Assembly (NCBI GenBank): GCA_964016885.1 | Contig: OZ024764.1 | Location: forward strand, 20,584,001 to 20,648,000 | From: Eledone cirrhosa | Taxonomy: Eukaryota | Direction of reading: 5' to 3' | DNA length: 64,000 nucleotides | Part shown: piece after piece, positions 25,411-37,489 of the stretch | Numbering within the stretch: the first letter of the stretch is position 1 | How the letters are laid out: each line of letters opens with the position of its first letter | Program-made: the position numbers and the translations under genes | Notes under the pieces: generated by a model | Seen by the model: only the letters and a program-made list of their open reading frames with translations | Databases searched by the model: none | What the model was told of the DNA's origin: nothing

Positions 25411-26372
25411 AACCTATGTTAGTCAGCACATTCTTCACCAAAGAAGGCCTTAGTATTTATTACAGTCCATTTATCAATGTAGAAATATTATATGAAATTT
25501 GTACTGATGTATTACAAGTTTCTGAGTATCTTATAATGTTCTTTTATTATTTCAGAATACCAGAGGACATTGGCATTAAAGAGCACGTTACATCAGACAT
25601 ATCCTCAACATTAACCATTTCTAATGAAAGACACTACCCATCATTTTCAAATAATTTTGAAAACACTCAACACTTTGAAGTGATTTAGTAATATAACTAA
25701 ATTTCTCAGTATTAAGCTGCTATTTGGAACATAACTTTGCACAATTTCATGAAGTTATAATGGAAAGTTTTTAGATAAATATAAAGACTGGTATGAAAGG
25801 GATAAAACACTTTTATATCAGTTGTTTCATCAACACCATTATTTAAAGACTAAAGGAAGCTGTTATACAGAACAGATACAACCTTGTTTATGTAAATCTA
25901 TGGGAGAAATATTGTGAAATATTTCTTGTAAACTCAATAGCACTTCTATTCTTTGCTGTCTTGAATATGTAGAGGATACAAAATAAGGCTGAAGAAATGT
26001 ACACATGATTTTGTAAGATCTTCATATATTGACAAAGATGATAGTAGATGGAACTACAGGAGTAGAAATATTTCCATTATTACAGGAATAACTAATCAAA
26101 TAAAAACCAGAAAAATTAGATTCTTCACTGTCTGGAATTTGTACAAAATGATTTTATATGTATATTAAACTTGAAGAGATCTACAAAACAGTTTGTATCA
26201 TCTTTAAATATAAAGAAAGACCAAGTTGATGGAAATATATCTGGAGGAATATGTTTTAGGAATAATATTATAAACGTAAAGAAGAAAAATATCCATATAT
26301 TGACAGAAGAAAAATATTAAAACTGTGAATTATGTGAGAAACTGAGGTGATTGATATCTTTTAGTAGGAGAT

Positions 26373-27488
26373 ATGTCGAAAAATATAGTAAAATTACCAT
26401 TCCACTGTGATATCTGTGGTAAATCATTCTCTCGTAGTAATCAGCTAACTACTCACAAACGTAGTCATACAGGAGAGAAGCCATATCACTGTGATATCTG
26501 TGGTAAATCATTCAGTTACGGTAGTAGCATCAGAGTTCACAAACAAATTCATACAGGAGAGAAGCCACATCACTGTGACATCTGTAGTAAATCATTCTCT
26601 TGCAGAGATAGCTTAACTAATCACAAACGTATTCATACAGGAGAGAAACCATATCACTGTGACATCTGTGGTAAATCATTCAGTCAGAGTAATAACTTAA
26701 CTACTCACAAACGTATTCATACAGGAGAGAAGCCACATCACTGTGACATCTGTAGTAAATCATTCTCTTGCAGATATATCTTAACTAATCACAAACGTAT
26801 TCATACAGGAGAGAAGCCATATCACTGTGACATCTGCGGTAATTCATTCTCTCAGAGTAATCACCTAACTACTCACAAACGTATTCATACAGGAGAGAAA
26901 CCATATCACTGTGATATCTGTGGTAAAACATTCTCTGACAGAAGTAGCTTAGCTACCCACAGACGTACTCATACAGGAGAGAAGCCATATCACTGTGACA
27001 TCTGTGGTAAATCATTCTCTCATAGTAGTCACCTAACTACTCACAAACCTATTCATACAGGAGAGAAGACATATCAATGTGACATCTGTGGTAATTCATT
27101 CTCTCATAGTAATAACCTAACTACTCACAAACGTACTCATACGGGAGAGAAACCATATCACTGTGACATCTGTGGTAAATCATTCGCTGACAGAAGTTGC
27201 TTAGCTACCCACAGACGTACTCATACAGGAGAGAAGCCATATCACTGTGGCATCTGTGGTAAATCATTCTCTCGTAGTAATCACCTAACTATCCACAAAC
27301 GTACTCATACAGGAGAGAAGCCATATCACTGTGACATCTGTGGTAAATCATTCTCTCATAGTAATCACCTAACTATCCACAAACGTATTCATACGGGAGA
27401 GAAGCCATATCACTGTGACATCTGTGGTAAATCATTCTCTCAAAGTGGTAACTTAACCAAGCATGTGCGTATTCATACAGAAGTTTAG
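26373..27488 (+). CDS. C2H2 zinc-finger protein, 13 tandem fingers (ZNF copy 2)
   Basis: Intact 371-aa ORF with canonical fingers and TGEKP linkers. Confidence 0.94.
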   Translation: MSKNIVKLPFHCDICGKSFSRSNQLTTHKRSHTGEKPYHCDICGKSFSYGSSIRVHKQIHTGEKPHHCDICSKSFSCRDSLTNHKRIHTGEKPYHCDICGKSFSQSNNLTTHKRIHTGEKPHHCDICSKSFSCRYILTNHKRIHTGEKPYHCDICGNSFSQSNHLTTHKRIHTGEKPYHCDICGKTFSDRSSLATHRRTHTGEKPYHCDICGKSFSHSSHLTTHKPIHTGEKTYQCDICGNSFSHSNNLTTHKRTHTGEKPYHCDICGKSFADRSCLATHRRTHTGEKPYHCGICGKSFSRSNHLTIHKRTHTGEKPYHCDICGKSFSHSNHLTIHKRIHTGEKPYHCDICGKSFSQSGNLTKHVRIHTEV

Positions 27489-28135
27489 CTGTATCAATAT
27501 CAAACTCATTACATCATACTACAACAACAACAACAATTGTGTAGATACATCATCCTGGCTAAAACTGGGGTTAACCTTGTAGGTTTTACCTAGGACAGGG
27601 ATCATAAACACCAGGTTTCCATTTTTGAAGCTGTGTTTGAAGATTTTGTGTAAATTGAAGTTTTTCACATTAAACTTTGATTTATTATACTTTAACTGGT
27701 AAGATATATATTTGTATTTTTAGTAAAGGTTGGGAACTTCTGTAATTTAAACCTGCCAATAAAATGAAAACTTTTGTTGTTGCTAGTCTGACATTGATAT
27801 TAATTCTATTGTCCTGTACATTGTCTCAAATATCACAGATTATACAGATTTTAACAATAACAACAGAAATCAATAACTTGTAAGCCTAATATCTAGCTTC
27901 CATTTTAACTATTTGATATTGTTGTTCCCCTCCTGTCTCCTCAGGTCTTTTAGATTTCAACTTCTATCTACTGTACTATTCCATCACCAAGGCAACATTC
28001 ATCTGGCTGACAGCTTACATCAACTACAAATCTCATCAGTGGTTCACAACAGGCTGTCTGAAAGAAACTTCCAGATATCTTCTATGTCATAGCTATCAAT
28101 CTCCTCCTCCTTATCATATGTATCATGTAGAACAT

Positions 28136-28962
28136 CTCTGAATTTATATTTAACAGGGAAATCTTTTACTGTCCTTACCCCTTTCGCTAGATTGTCTTGA
28201 ACCTCTCTCACAGTCTCTCTAGATCTTATATTTAACAGGGAGATCTTTTACTGTCCCTACGCTTTCCTCTAGATTGTCTTATTACACTCTCACAGTCCCT
28301 ATATATCATATTTAACAGGGAGATTCTTTACTGTCTCTACCCTTTTCTCTAGGTTGTCTTGTACCTCTCACACATTCCCTCTAGATCTTATATTTAACAG
28401 GGAGATCTTTTACTATCCCTACCCTTTTCTCTAGGTTGTCTTGTACCTCTCTCACAGTCCCTCTAGATCTTGTATTTAACAAGTTGATCTTTTACTATCC
28501 CTACCCTTTTCTCTAGGTGGTGTTGTACCTCTCTCACAGTCCCTCTAGATATTATATTTAACAGGGAGATCTTTTACTGTCCTTACCCTTTTCTCTAGGT
28601 TGTCTTGTATCTCTCTCACAGTCCCTCTAGATCTTATATTGAACAGGGAGATCTTTTACTATCCCTACCCTTTTCTCCAGGTTGTCTTGTACCTCTCTCA
28701 CAGTCCCTCTAGATCTTATATTGAACAGGTAGATCTTTTACTATCCCTACCCTTTTCTCTAGGTTGTCTTGTACCTCTCTCACAGTCCCTCTAGATCTTA
28801 TATTGAACAGGGAGATCTTTTACTATCCCTACCCTTTTCTCTAGGTTGTCTTGTACCTCTCTCACAGTCCGTCTAGATCTTATATTTAATAGGAAGATGT
28901 TTTACTCTCCACCCCTTCTATCTCCAGATAGTCTTGTATCAGTCAGTCCCTCTAGATCTTAC
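28136..28962 (+). repeat. 82-bp minisatellite, ~10 units
   Basis: Same unit as 7707-8285. Confidence 0.92.
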
Positions 28963-29251
28963 ACCTAGTATCTAGTCTATGTTGAGTGGTACGTCCTTCT
29001 CTAGTAAAGGAGTTAATATTCCCAACCATCTGTCTATCCTGTTTTCTGATGAGAATGAAGTCAATCTAGTTTATCTCTTCACCTGATTGAAGTAACTAGA
29101 TCAAGTAACTAGATGTTTTCCTGTAAGTTAGTGTTGCAGTGTTTGTGTCACCGTGTAAGGTTTATATCTATTAATATAGAGATGTAGTAAAGTTTTCACT
29201 GTTGTATCTCTACTTTCTAAATATCTTAATAATGTTTCTCTACTATTTCAG

Positions 29252-29616
29252 AATATCACATGACCTTGACAGAAAAGAGTCTTTTAAAGACAACAGAAAG
29301 ATGTTACATACAAGTGATATAAACTTGTTTAGTCTGTGGTGAATTATGGTGAAATATTTCTTCTGAATTGAGATAAATAACATTTTCCTTTTTCACTGTC
29401 TGGAATATTTACAAGATGATTTTACATTCTGATTGAACTTTGGATATTTACAAAGGAGTTTTCAAAATATTTGGATATTGACAAAGATCACATTTGATAA
29501 AATTATGAACAATAGAAATATTTACATCAACATAGGAATATTTTCCAGAAGAGATGGGAAAATCATTATACCACTGTAATATTTGTGGTAAAGTATTCTC
29601 TCTTCTTTATATGTAG
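29252..29616 (+). pseudogene. relic ZNF exon, copy 2
   Basis: Acceptor tatttcag; ATG at 29554 gives MGKSLYHCNICGKVFSLLYM*. Confidence 0.68.
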
Positions 29617-29744
29617 AACATCTAACTAAACACTTTAATTAACAAACTATTGTGCTATAGAATTGACAAACTTGAGGAATGTTTAATAAATGTTACAGAT
29701 TTCTCCAAACTGTCATTTACTAACTTTAATTTGAAGCTATATTA

Positions 29745-30102
29745 TCTATATACTACTAAAACTCTGTGATTGTGTCTTGTCTGTAATTTAATACAGCTAA
29801 AACAGTGCATAATGGGGAAATACTTTGAAAGGAATAAAACAAGATTTGTATAAAATGGAGCACAGGTTCCCAAGATACAGGGTTTTCTGCATACCTTGAT
29901 AAATATAGGGAGAGAAAGAGATAGTGGTTGTGAGAGAGAGGGAGCTGGTGGTGTTGTTTAATAAAATATGTTTGTGTATATATATATATATAAACGTATG
30001 TGTATAGATATATATATGTATGTGTATATTTTAACTATTTTAAAATGACTTTTAAAAAATAGTTTTAAGGGAACGTGACCCAACAGGTCCCGGGTGGTCT
30101 AG
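29745..30102 (+). mobile_element. non-autonomous Helitron, paralog of 9070-9430
   Basis: A|TC start, hairpin and CTAG|T end. Confidence 0.78.
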
Positions 30103-30984
30103 TTTGTTACTAAATACTAGATATTAGAGTGTTATGTTGTTCTAGATGTGCTGGAAGAGCCATTCCATCTCGTGAGGTTCACACCAGCAGCTAGCCACCT
30201 CAGCACCTATGGTGGTATATTTATTATATTATTTATTCTTTATCATTAACATTAATATAAAAGATAATTATATATTTTTAGAGAAGAACCTCTAATTTCA
30301 TATAGCTTAGGGCTTCAGTAGGTAAAAGTCTGGCCCTGCTTGTCTTGTATTTTTTAGGGGAGAAGTTAGGGAATACAGTTATTGTGTGAAAGTTTTCTAA
30401 ATCTTCTTCAGCCACTAACATGGAGAAGATATTTCAGTAAGAAGGTTCACATCCTGACATCTATAGCTGTTAACAATGAGATTGGAATTCATTATTAAAC
30501 AAATGTTATATCATCATCACTGTTTTACATCATTTTTTCCATGCTGGCATGGGTTAGACGAGTTATCCTGTTGGAAGCAATGCCAGGTCATGTGACCACG
30601 TGTTGCTCCTACAGAACAAATTTTGGTTTGGTTTCTACAGCTGGATGACCTTCCTAGCACCAACCTTATTTACATTGAGTACTGGGTGCTTTTTGTCGTG
30701 ACACCTACATGACCACTTTACAGTGTGCGTTGGGTGCTTTTTATTGTGACATCTACATGACCACTTTACAGTGTGGACTGGGTACTTTTTGTTGTGACAC
30801 CTACAGTACCACTTTACAGTGTGGACTGGGTACTTTTTGTCATGACACCTACACAACCTCTTTACAGTGTTGGCAGTGAAATATCTAATGCACCAGCTTC
30901 AGTAATCAGAAGATCGCTGTTTTCTATATTATAATTTTATAATATACATATAAACACACATACAAACACACACATATATATATA

Positions 30985-32912
30985 CAGTATATATATATAC
31001 GAGTGTCCCAAGTAAAGAGTTTTTCGAGATACGAGCCCTCCCTCGGCTGATTTTTTGCGTTGAGTTCCCGTTGTAGTTGGCATAGTGACCGCCACAGGGA
31101 ATACCATAACACCCGTCCAGCATCCCATGGGTTTGAAGAAAGTGAGGGCGAAGGACAGTGCTGAGAAGAAGAAGCAGATGTGTATTGAATTAAAGAAAGA
31201 AATTATAGAAAAACATGTCCAAGGTGTGTGTGTAGTGGACTTGATAAAGGCTATAACCCCAGCTAAGGGTGGTAAAATAATTTCTAAACAGCGGACCTCT
31301 ATCCATGAAAATATGGAGAAGCAGCTCGCAAGAGATACCGTGATGAAGATTATAATATGTGAGAAGGCACAAACTATTTACGCTTATTTGCTGCAGCAGA
31401 CCCCAGGTACTTCTACGGATGAGCCATCAGCAAGCCCTTTAATGCCAGTCGGGGTTGGTTTGAGAATTTTAAAAAGAGGACCGGGATTCACTCCTTTGTC
31501 AGGCATGGTGAGGCAGCGAGCGCGGATATGAAGGCAGCTGAGGATTACCTCAAAACCTTTGCCTGAATTATAGCAGCCAAAGGATACATCCTTCAGCAAG
31601 TCTTTAACTGTGATGAAACAGAACTTTTTTGGAAGAAGATGCCAAGGAGGACTTATATAACGGCAGAGGAGAAGAGGATGCCTGGCCACAAACCCATGAA
31701 GGATAGGCTAACCCTCGCACTGAGCGGCGAGTGTAAGATTAAGTTGCCGCTCGTTTATCATTCAGAAAACTCCAGAACCTTTAAGTCACATAAGATTCTG
31801 AAAGAAAAACTGCAGGTTTTGTGGAGGGCAAACCCGAGGTCATGGGTCACCAGGTAGTTCTTTGTGAAGTGGGTGAATTTGGTCTTTGGTCCTGACGTTA
31901 AAAAATATCTCCAGGAAAATAACCTACCCCTGTAAACCCTTCTTGTCCTACATAATGCACCTGCTCACCAACCCACCCTCGAAGAGTTCAAGTTTATAAA
32001 GGTTCTCTACCTTCCACCAAACACCACCCCTATCCTACAGCCCAAGGACCAGCAGGTACTTTCTAATTTCAAGAAGCTCTTCACCAAGCACCTGTTCAGT
32101 CGCTGCTTTGAAGTGACGTAAAGCACAAACTTCACCCTTGAGAGGTCTGGAAGGACCATTATAACATTGTGATATGCCTCAGAATTATCGATATGACCTG
32201 CCAGGGTCGCACAAAGAGGACCTTGACCTCTACATGGAAGAAGCTGTGGCCTGAAGTTGTGTCTAAAACAGACTTTGAAAGACTCGAACCCGAAGCGGCA
32301 GTGGTGGAGGAGATTGTACCCCTCGGTAAGTCCATGGGCCTGGACATGGATGAAGGTGTCATCAACGAGCTCATCGAGGAGCACTCCGAGGAGATGACAA
32401 CGAAGGAATTAAAGGCGCTACAGACACAGCAACACACGGAGTTTTTGCAGGAAATAGGTGACACAGAGGAGGTTATCTCAACAAGTGAGATGAAACAAAC
32501 CTCATTAGACAGGTTTTTATTGAAAATCCCTGCAGATAAAAGTGAGGAAAGTGTGGCGAAAAGGGCAAAAATCAGCGAATAAGATTCAGTTATTCAGTTC
32601 ATCCTTTCTCCTCCGTCAACATCCTCAAGTCGTCTGATCTCCAAGATAGATGCTGTACATTATACTTAATAAAACTAGTTTATTGCAGTACATTCTATTG
32701 TATTGTTTTTTATATACAATATTTGTTATTTATAAGTACATTTTTCTTATTTAAAAACACGTAACAAAACAAACTGTGGTTTTTGGGGGGTCTGGAACGG
32801 ATTAATGGCATTTTATTTTATTTCAGTGGGGAAAATTGATTTGACATACGAGTAATTTAAGTTACGAGGTCCTCCACGGAACAAATTAAACTCTTAAGTC
32901 AAGGTACAACAG
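30985..32912 (+). mobile_element. Tigger/pogo DNA transposon (TIGD1-like DDE transposase), degraded
   Basis: QVFNCDETELFWKKMPRRTYIT, KDRLTL and LYLPPNTTPILQPKDQQV. Decayed right end aagtcaaggtacaacag; embedded in (TA)n. Confidence 0.9.
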
Positions 32913-32939
32913 TGTGTATATATATATATATATATATGA

Positions 32940-33110
32940 AGGAACGATTGACTTTCGTCAAATCGGACCGAGGAAGCAATGTTTCCATTGGTCTTTCCAA
33001 TTGCTAGTACTATCGGTCGCAACTCCATGTAGAAGGAACAACGTGAAATAAAGTGTCTTGCTCAAGGTGATAACGCATCGCCTGGTCCAGAAAGCGAACT
33101 CACAACCTCA

Positions 33111-33112
<2 letters not shown>
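32940..33112 (-). mobile_element. tRNA-derived SINE, same family as 17926-18140
   Basis: Reverse-complement match to 17965-18135. Confidence 0.75.
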
Positions 33113-33156
<44 letters not shown>

Positions 33157-34029
33157 GAAGAATATAGAAATTATTGTAGCAAAAAGCCAACAGTATTCCA
33201 TTATATATATGTATATATAGTATAAAAGAGAAAACACAGGTAAGCATTAAGAGAAGGATTTTATCCAGGTATTTACGACCGTTTCATTGGTAAGTGCAAC
33301 CTTATATTTCTATCCTGCAAATAGCAGCCACTCAATTATAATTGTTGTTCACAGTCCAAATTTTCAAAATAGTAAGTTACTCTTGAAATAATTCTTAATA
33401 TATAGAGAAAAACATTTATTTGGAATTGTATTTACTAGTATAGAGAGAGAGGAATCAGAAGGTGAGGGGACAGACGGAATAGTATAGGGAGAGAGGAAGA
33501 GGTAGGAAGTAGAGTGACAAACTGAGATGGAGGGAGGGGTAGAGGTGGCAGGATTCTTTGGTCAGTTTTGACAGCAGACTTCATGTCGTGGAATGTAGTG
33601 AGTTAAAGAGAATTAAATTGATCATTTTTGGAGGGATGGATATATATATATATATATAGTTAAATATTAGACAGGAACAAAAAACAGGCAGTGCAAATGG
33701 TAGTTTATACCGAGAGAGAGACAGACAAACACATATAAACCCATACTACAGTAAAACATAAAACATATGTAAGGGGAGACAACTCTCGTTACATCCCCTC
33801 TTCTTTTTGATATACATTCTTTAGATACTTTGTACAATGGAATCTACTTTATTTTGTGTCCTAAGTAGATTTCTGTTTCAGTATTTACGTGATACACATT
33901 AATTCACGTAACCAAGTTACTTACATAGAGATATATTTCACATAGAATCACAACAAATGAAAATATTAAGTCAACACTCTGTCAATCAGTCTCACATCAC
34001 ATGGGGTGCCGGAGTCTCCCTCTAATACT

Positions 34030-34200
34030 TTCTGAGACAGTCTTACCTCGAGTGATAGCAAGGCTAAGATGTGGGAACTACCAAACACCCTCATATGTAT
34101 CACCTGACACCTCGGTAAGGAGAGCTGCCAACGATAACAAGAACCTCGTTGTCAGGGACCTATCTCCTCAAAACTTCTCCAACACCACAGACTAGAATAT
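34030..34200 (-). mobile_element. CRE 3'-ORF relic (copy ~57235-57405; absent in unit 1)
   Basis: aaggctaag...tatcacctgacacctcggtaaggagagctgccaacgataacaagaacctcg is the reverse complement of the CRE C-terminal segment RFLLSLAALLTEVSGD. Confidence 0.65.
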
Positions 34201-34686
34201 TCTACTCTTTATTCCCTATCAAATATATTTCAGTCTAGTCATTTATCTTGTATCTTGTATATGTATTTTCAAAACTAACTGTCACAATTGTGAGACCCCA
34301 GTTAGTGATGTTTTTCTCTCCCTCCCACATCCTACATGCTGTAGTAAAAGTGAGGGTCACTGCTTCTGTAGACGAACGAAATAAAAGTTAAACTACCAGT
34401 AATTATCGGCAAAGTATTTATTCCAGTCTGTGATGTTTGAGAAGCTGGGCTGCTGACAACGAAGTTGCTGTCACTGTTGGCGGCTGGCTTTACCGAAGGA
34501 CCCGATGACTCTTGTGAGGGTACTTAGCTGTTCTGGCAACTCAACCTCCATATGACCCGATCTTACCGAGATACCCGGTGATCTCTGTCAGGGTACTTAG
34601 CTGTTGTATTTTAATTTCATTTACTGTTTTCAACTTTCATTTTTTTTATTACAAACTTTACATAATTTAATTCGGTAAAAATATTT

Positions 34687-34830
34687 TTACGTCACAAAAA
34701 ATTTGACCATTGACATTGAAGCATGCGCAGTGGTGCAGTTGTCGACTTCCTGTCCACGTGTTAGTCTTCCTCCAACATCATTTAGAAAACATTTCTGTAA
34801 ATACTAAACACCTGAGACTATAATGTAAGT
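34687..34830 (+). promoter_or_regulatory. putative promoter and first exon of ZNF copy 3
   Basis: Same motif set as 18743-18875; donor GTAAGT at 34825. Confidence 0.65.
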
Positions 34831-35362
34831 ATTATGTCTATTAATATTGTAGATTTAAGCTCACTTTTCACATCACAAATATATATTTTCTTGTTTGTTT
34901 CATTACTGGAAATATAAAATGTTATCGTAATTATCTATATTTTACCTACCTCTAATTAATTAAAGTGAAAACTTTTGTTGTTGCTGAAAAATAAATTAAC
35001 AAAACTAAATATTTAAATATTCTAAAGGTCGTTTTTATATTATGTGATGATATAATTAATATATTTTATTACAATTGTATAAATTTACAGTAGAATAACG
35101 TTGTAAATATGTTTTAAATATATACATAAATAACATAAGTGTGTAAATAACATTATAAATTGCTGGCAATTCCTTGAGAAAGACATTACAAATATATTGT
35201 CTAAACTGTGTATAATAATATAATTTATTGAACAATAATGATAAAGGAAAGAAAAACACAGTGGGAGATGGCAATTGACCACCAAGTGTGATAATAGGCC
35301 ACACCTCACACCTTAGGGGTTAACTACACACTTTGAGGCAAGCCAACACACTGGCAGCATTA

Positions 35363-35640
35363 CTAAGGTGTTGAAATAACCAGGTACCCTCACGGGTATC
35401 ACCTGGTACCTCGGTAAGGCGAGGCTAAGGTGTTGAAATAACCAGGTACCCTCCGGGTATCACCTAACACCTCGGTAAGGTGAGGCTAAGGATCTGAAAT
35501 AACCAGGTACCCTCACGGGTATCACCTGACACCTCGGTAAGGTGAGGCTAAGGGGCTGAAATAACCAGGTACCCTCACGGGTATCACCTGACACCTTGGT
35601 AAGGTGAGTCTAAGGGGCTGAAATAACCAGGTACCCTCAC
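35363..35640. repeat. 62-bp tandem repeat, ~4.5 units, derived from CRE C-terminal coding sequence
   Basis: gaaataaccagg at 35373, 35435, 35496, 35558 and 35620. Confidence 0.88.
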
Positions 35641-35997
35641 GGAAACGACTAGATTCGTAGAAAAAGTAGGGTGAAAGTATACGAAGAGATGTAGTTTCAC
35701 AGATCTACTCACACCTTACGTTGGGTGGGAAATAATTATTTTTCTTAGATTTTTTTATAGACCCCTTTTCAATATTTTCTCTGAACCCCTTAAATACTTG
35801 CAATAGACGTTTTATTCCCCAGTATTAGGGTTAGGGTTTCCGTTTTCAGGAAGAAAAGTCGATTGCAAACATCTAAGAGATCGAGAAATAAAAATAAGGA
35901 AAGATAATTATTTCCCAGCCAACTGGTGAAGTGTGTAGCTCTTCTAAACTCTGATAATCCTGTCTCCCACTTTTTATCTACAAATCTAGTCGTTTCC
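35641..35997. mobile_element. MITE, paralog of 23709-24068
   Basis: Same TIRs. Confidence 0.8.
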
Positions 35998-36109
35998 TGC
36001 TACTTTGAAGGCCCTATTTATTGATAACACCACCTGTAAATCTTTGTCAACTTTTCACACGTAAATTGTGAATCAGTTATTTTTAAACAAACTATCAAAG
36101 AAGTAATCT

Positions 36110-36345
36110 CACAGTATCTGTGTTTGATTTAATCAACTTATTCCCCCCTCAAACATTGTCGACCTTGTGTCTAAATCAGAAACTATTATAAGATCTTAAA
36201 TCAACCTCGTAAAGATGAAGGGCAAAGCTAACCTCGGCGGGATTTCAACCCTTTATGTTATGAGTTCAAATCCCACCAAAGTTAACTTTGTCTTTCATTC
36301 TAACGGTGTGGATAAATTAAAGTTCCAGTAATCTACTGGGGTCTG
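36110..36345. mobile_element. SINE fragments in mixed orientation
   Basis: gatgaagggcaaagctaacctcggcgggattt and gagttcaaatcccaccaaagttaactttgtctttcat form an imperfect inverted pair with a B-box-like gagttcaaatc. Confidence 0.5.
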
Positions 36346-36401
36346 AAATATTAACGTTTGAGTAGATTCTATCTTTTTGTGTGTTTGTATTTATAATCTT
36401 A

Positions 36402-36540
36402 CTAGAACACCTGTGACCTGTTGGGTCACGTTCCCTTTAAAAATAATATTTAAATAATTAAAATATACACAGACATGTATATAATGTAAAATGAAATTAG
36501 TAGGCCCATGTATATATGAATATATATATATATATATATA

Positions 36541-36586
<46 letters not shown>

Positions 36587-36621
36587 TGTGTGTGTGTATA
36601 TATATATATGTGTGTGTGTGG

Positions 36622-36661
<40 letters not shown>

Positions 36662-36925
36662 ACGTCACTTGTTATAATTTTATAACTTTGTTCAACAGCA
36701 CCACCAGCTATCTCTCTCACACACACCCATTATCTTTCTCTCTCTATTTATAAAGGTGCCAGAAAAACCCCATATCTCGGGAACCTGTACATTGATTTAC
36801 GTGAAACTTATTTTATCCCATTTGTATTCCCATTTCAGGGTCAACTTCCTTTCAAACTATTTTCCCATTATGCCCCGTTTTGGCTGTATTACATTACAGA
36901 CAAGACACAATCACAGAGTTTTAGG
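36402..36925 (-). mobile_element. non-autonomous Helitron of the 9070 family with expanded (TA)n/(TG)n
   Basis: On the minus strand, a GTGACC-caaca-GGTCAC hairpin followed by CTAG|T. Confidence 0.78.
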
Positions 36926-37489
36926 TTTATAATGTTATAGTATCATGATAGGGTAATACAGTTATTTATAGACCTGTGGTAAATGTTGGTTCAGTCCACC
37001 CTGGGTGGTGTAAGTGTTGGTTCAGTCTACCCTGAGGGGTGTCAGTGTTGGTCAATGATAACCTTTATAACTAGAGGCCTGTTGGTGAGGACAAGCTGGA
37101 AGTGATGACATATTTCTGCTACCTGTGTGACATGTCAGCTGGAAGTGGAGCCAAGTTCACTGCCATCGTGCTGTGCCACTCCACAGGTAACAAGTTTAGG
37201 CAGCTTCTCCTAATCCTCAAGACATGCTGGCTACCATTAGACACCATGGGGCAGGTTTATAACACCTGTGGGAGAAGTGTGTTGTTTCATGCCAGCGAGA
37301 CCTGGGCCATGTTATCTGACTGTCTGAATTGACTCTGAAGAAATGACAGAGCTATGATCCACTGGATGTGTAGTGTGACCATTGAGGATGATGTCAGCTC
37401 AACTGAGCTCCTAAAAAAACTGCTGATCGACAACCTCAAGGATGTGTTTCACAGGAGACACATGCACTGGTATGGCCATGTTGTGCATT

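Noticed and set aside
36391-36753. YI/IY-rich ORFs (also ~30924-31128 and 33062-33247)
   Set aside because: Translations of (TA)n/(TG)n microsatellites.
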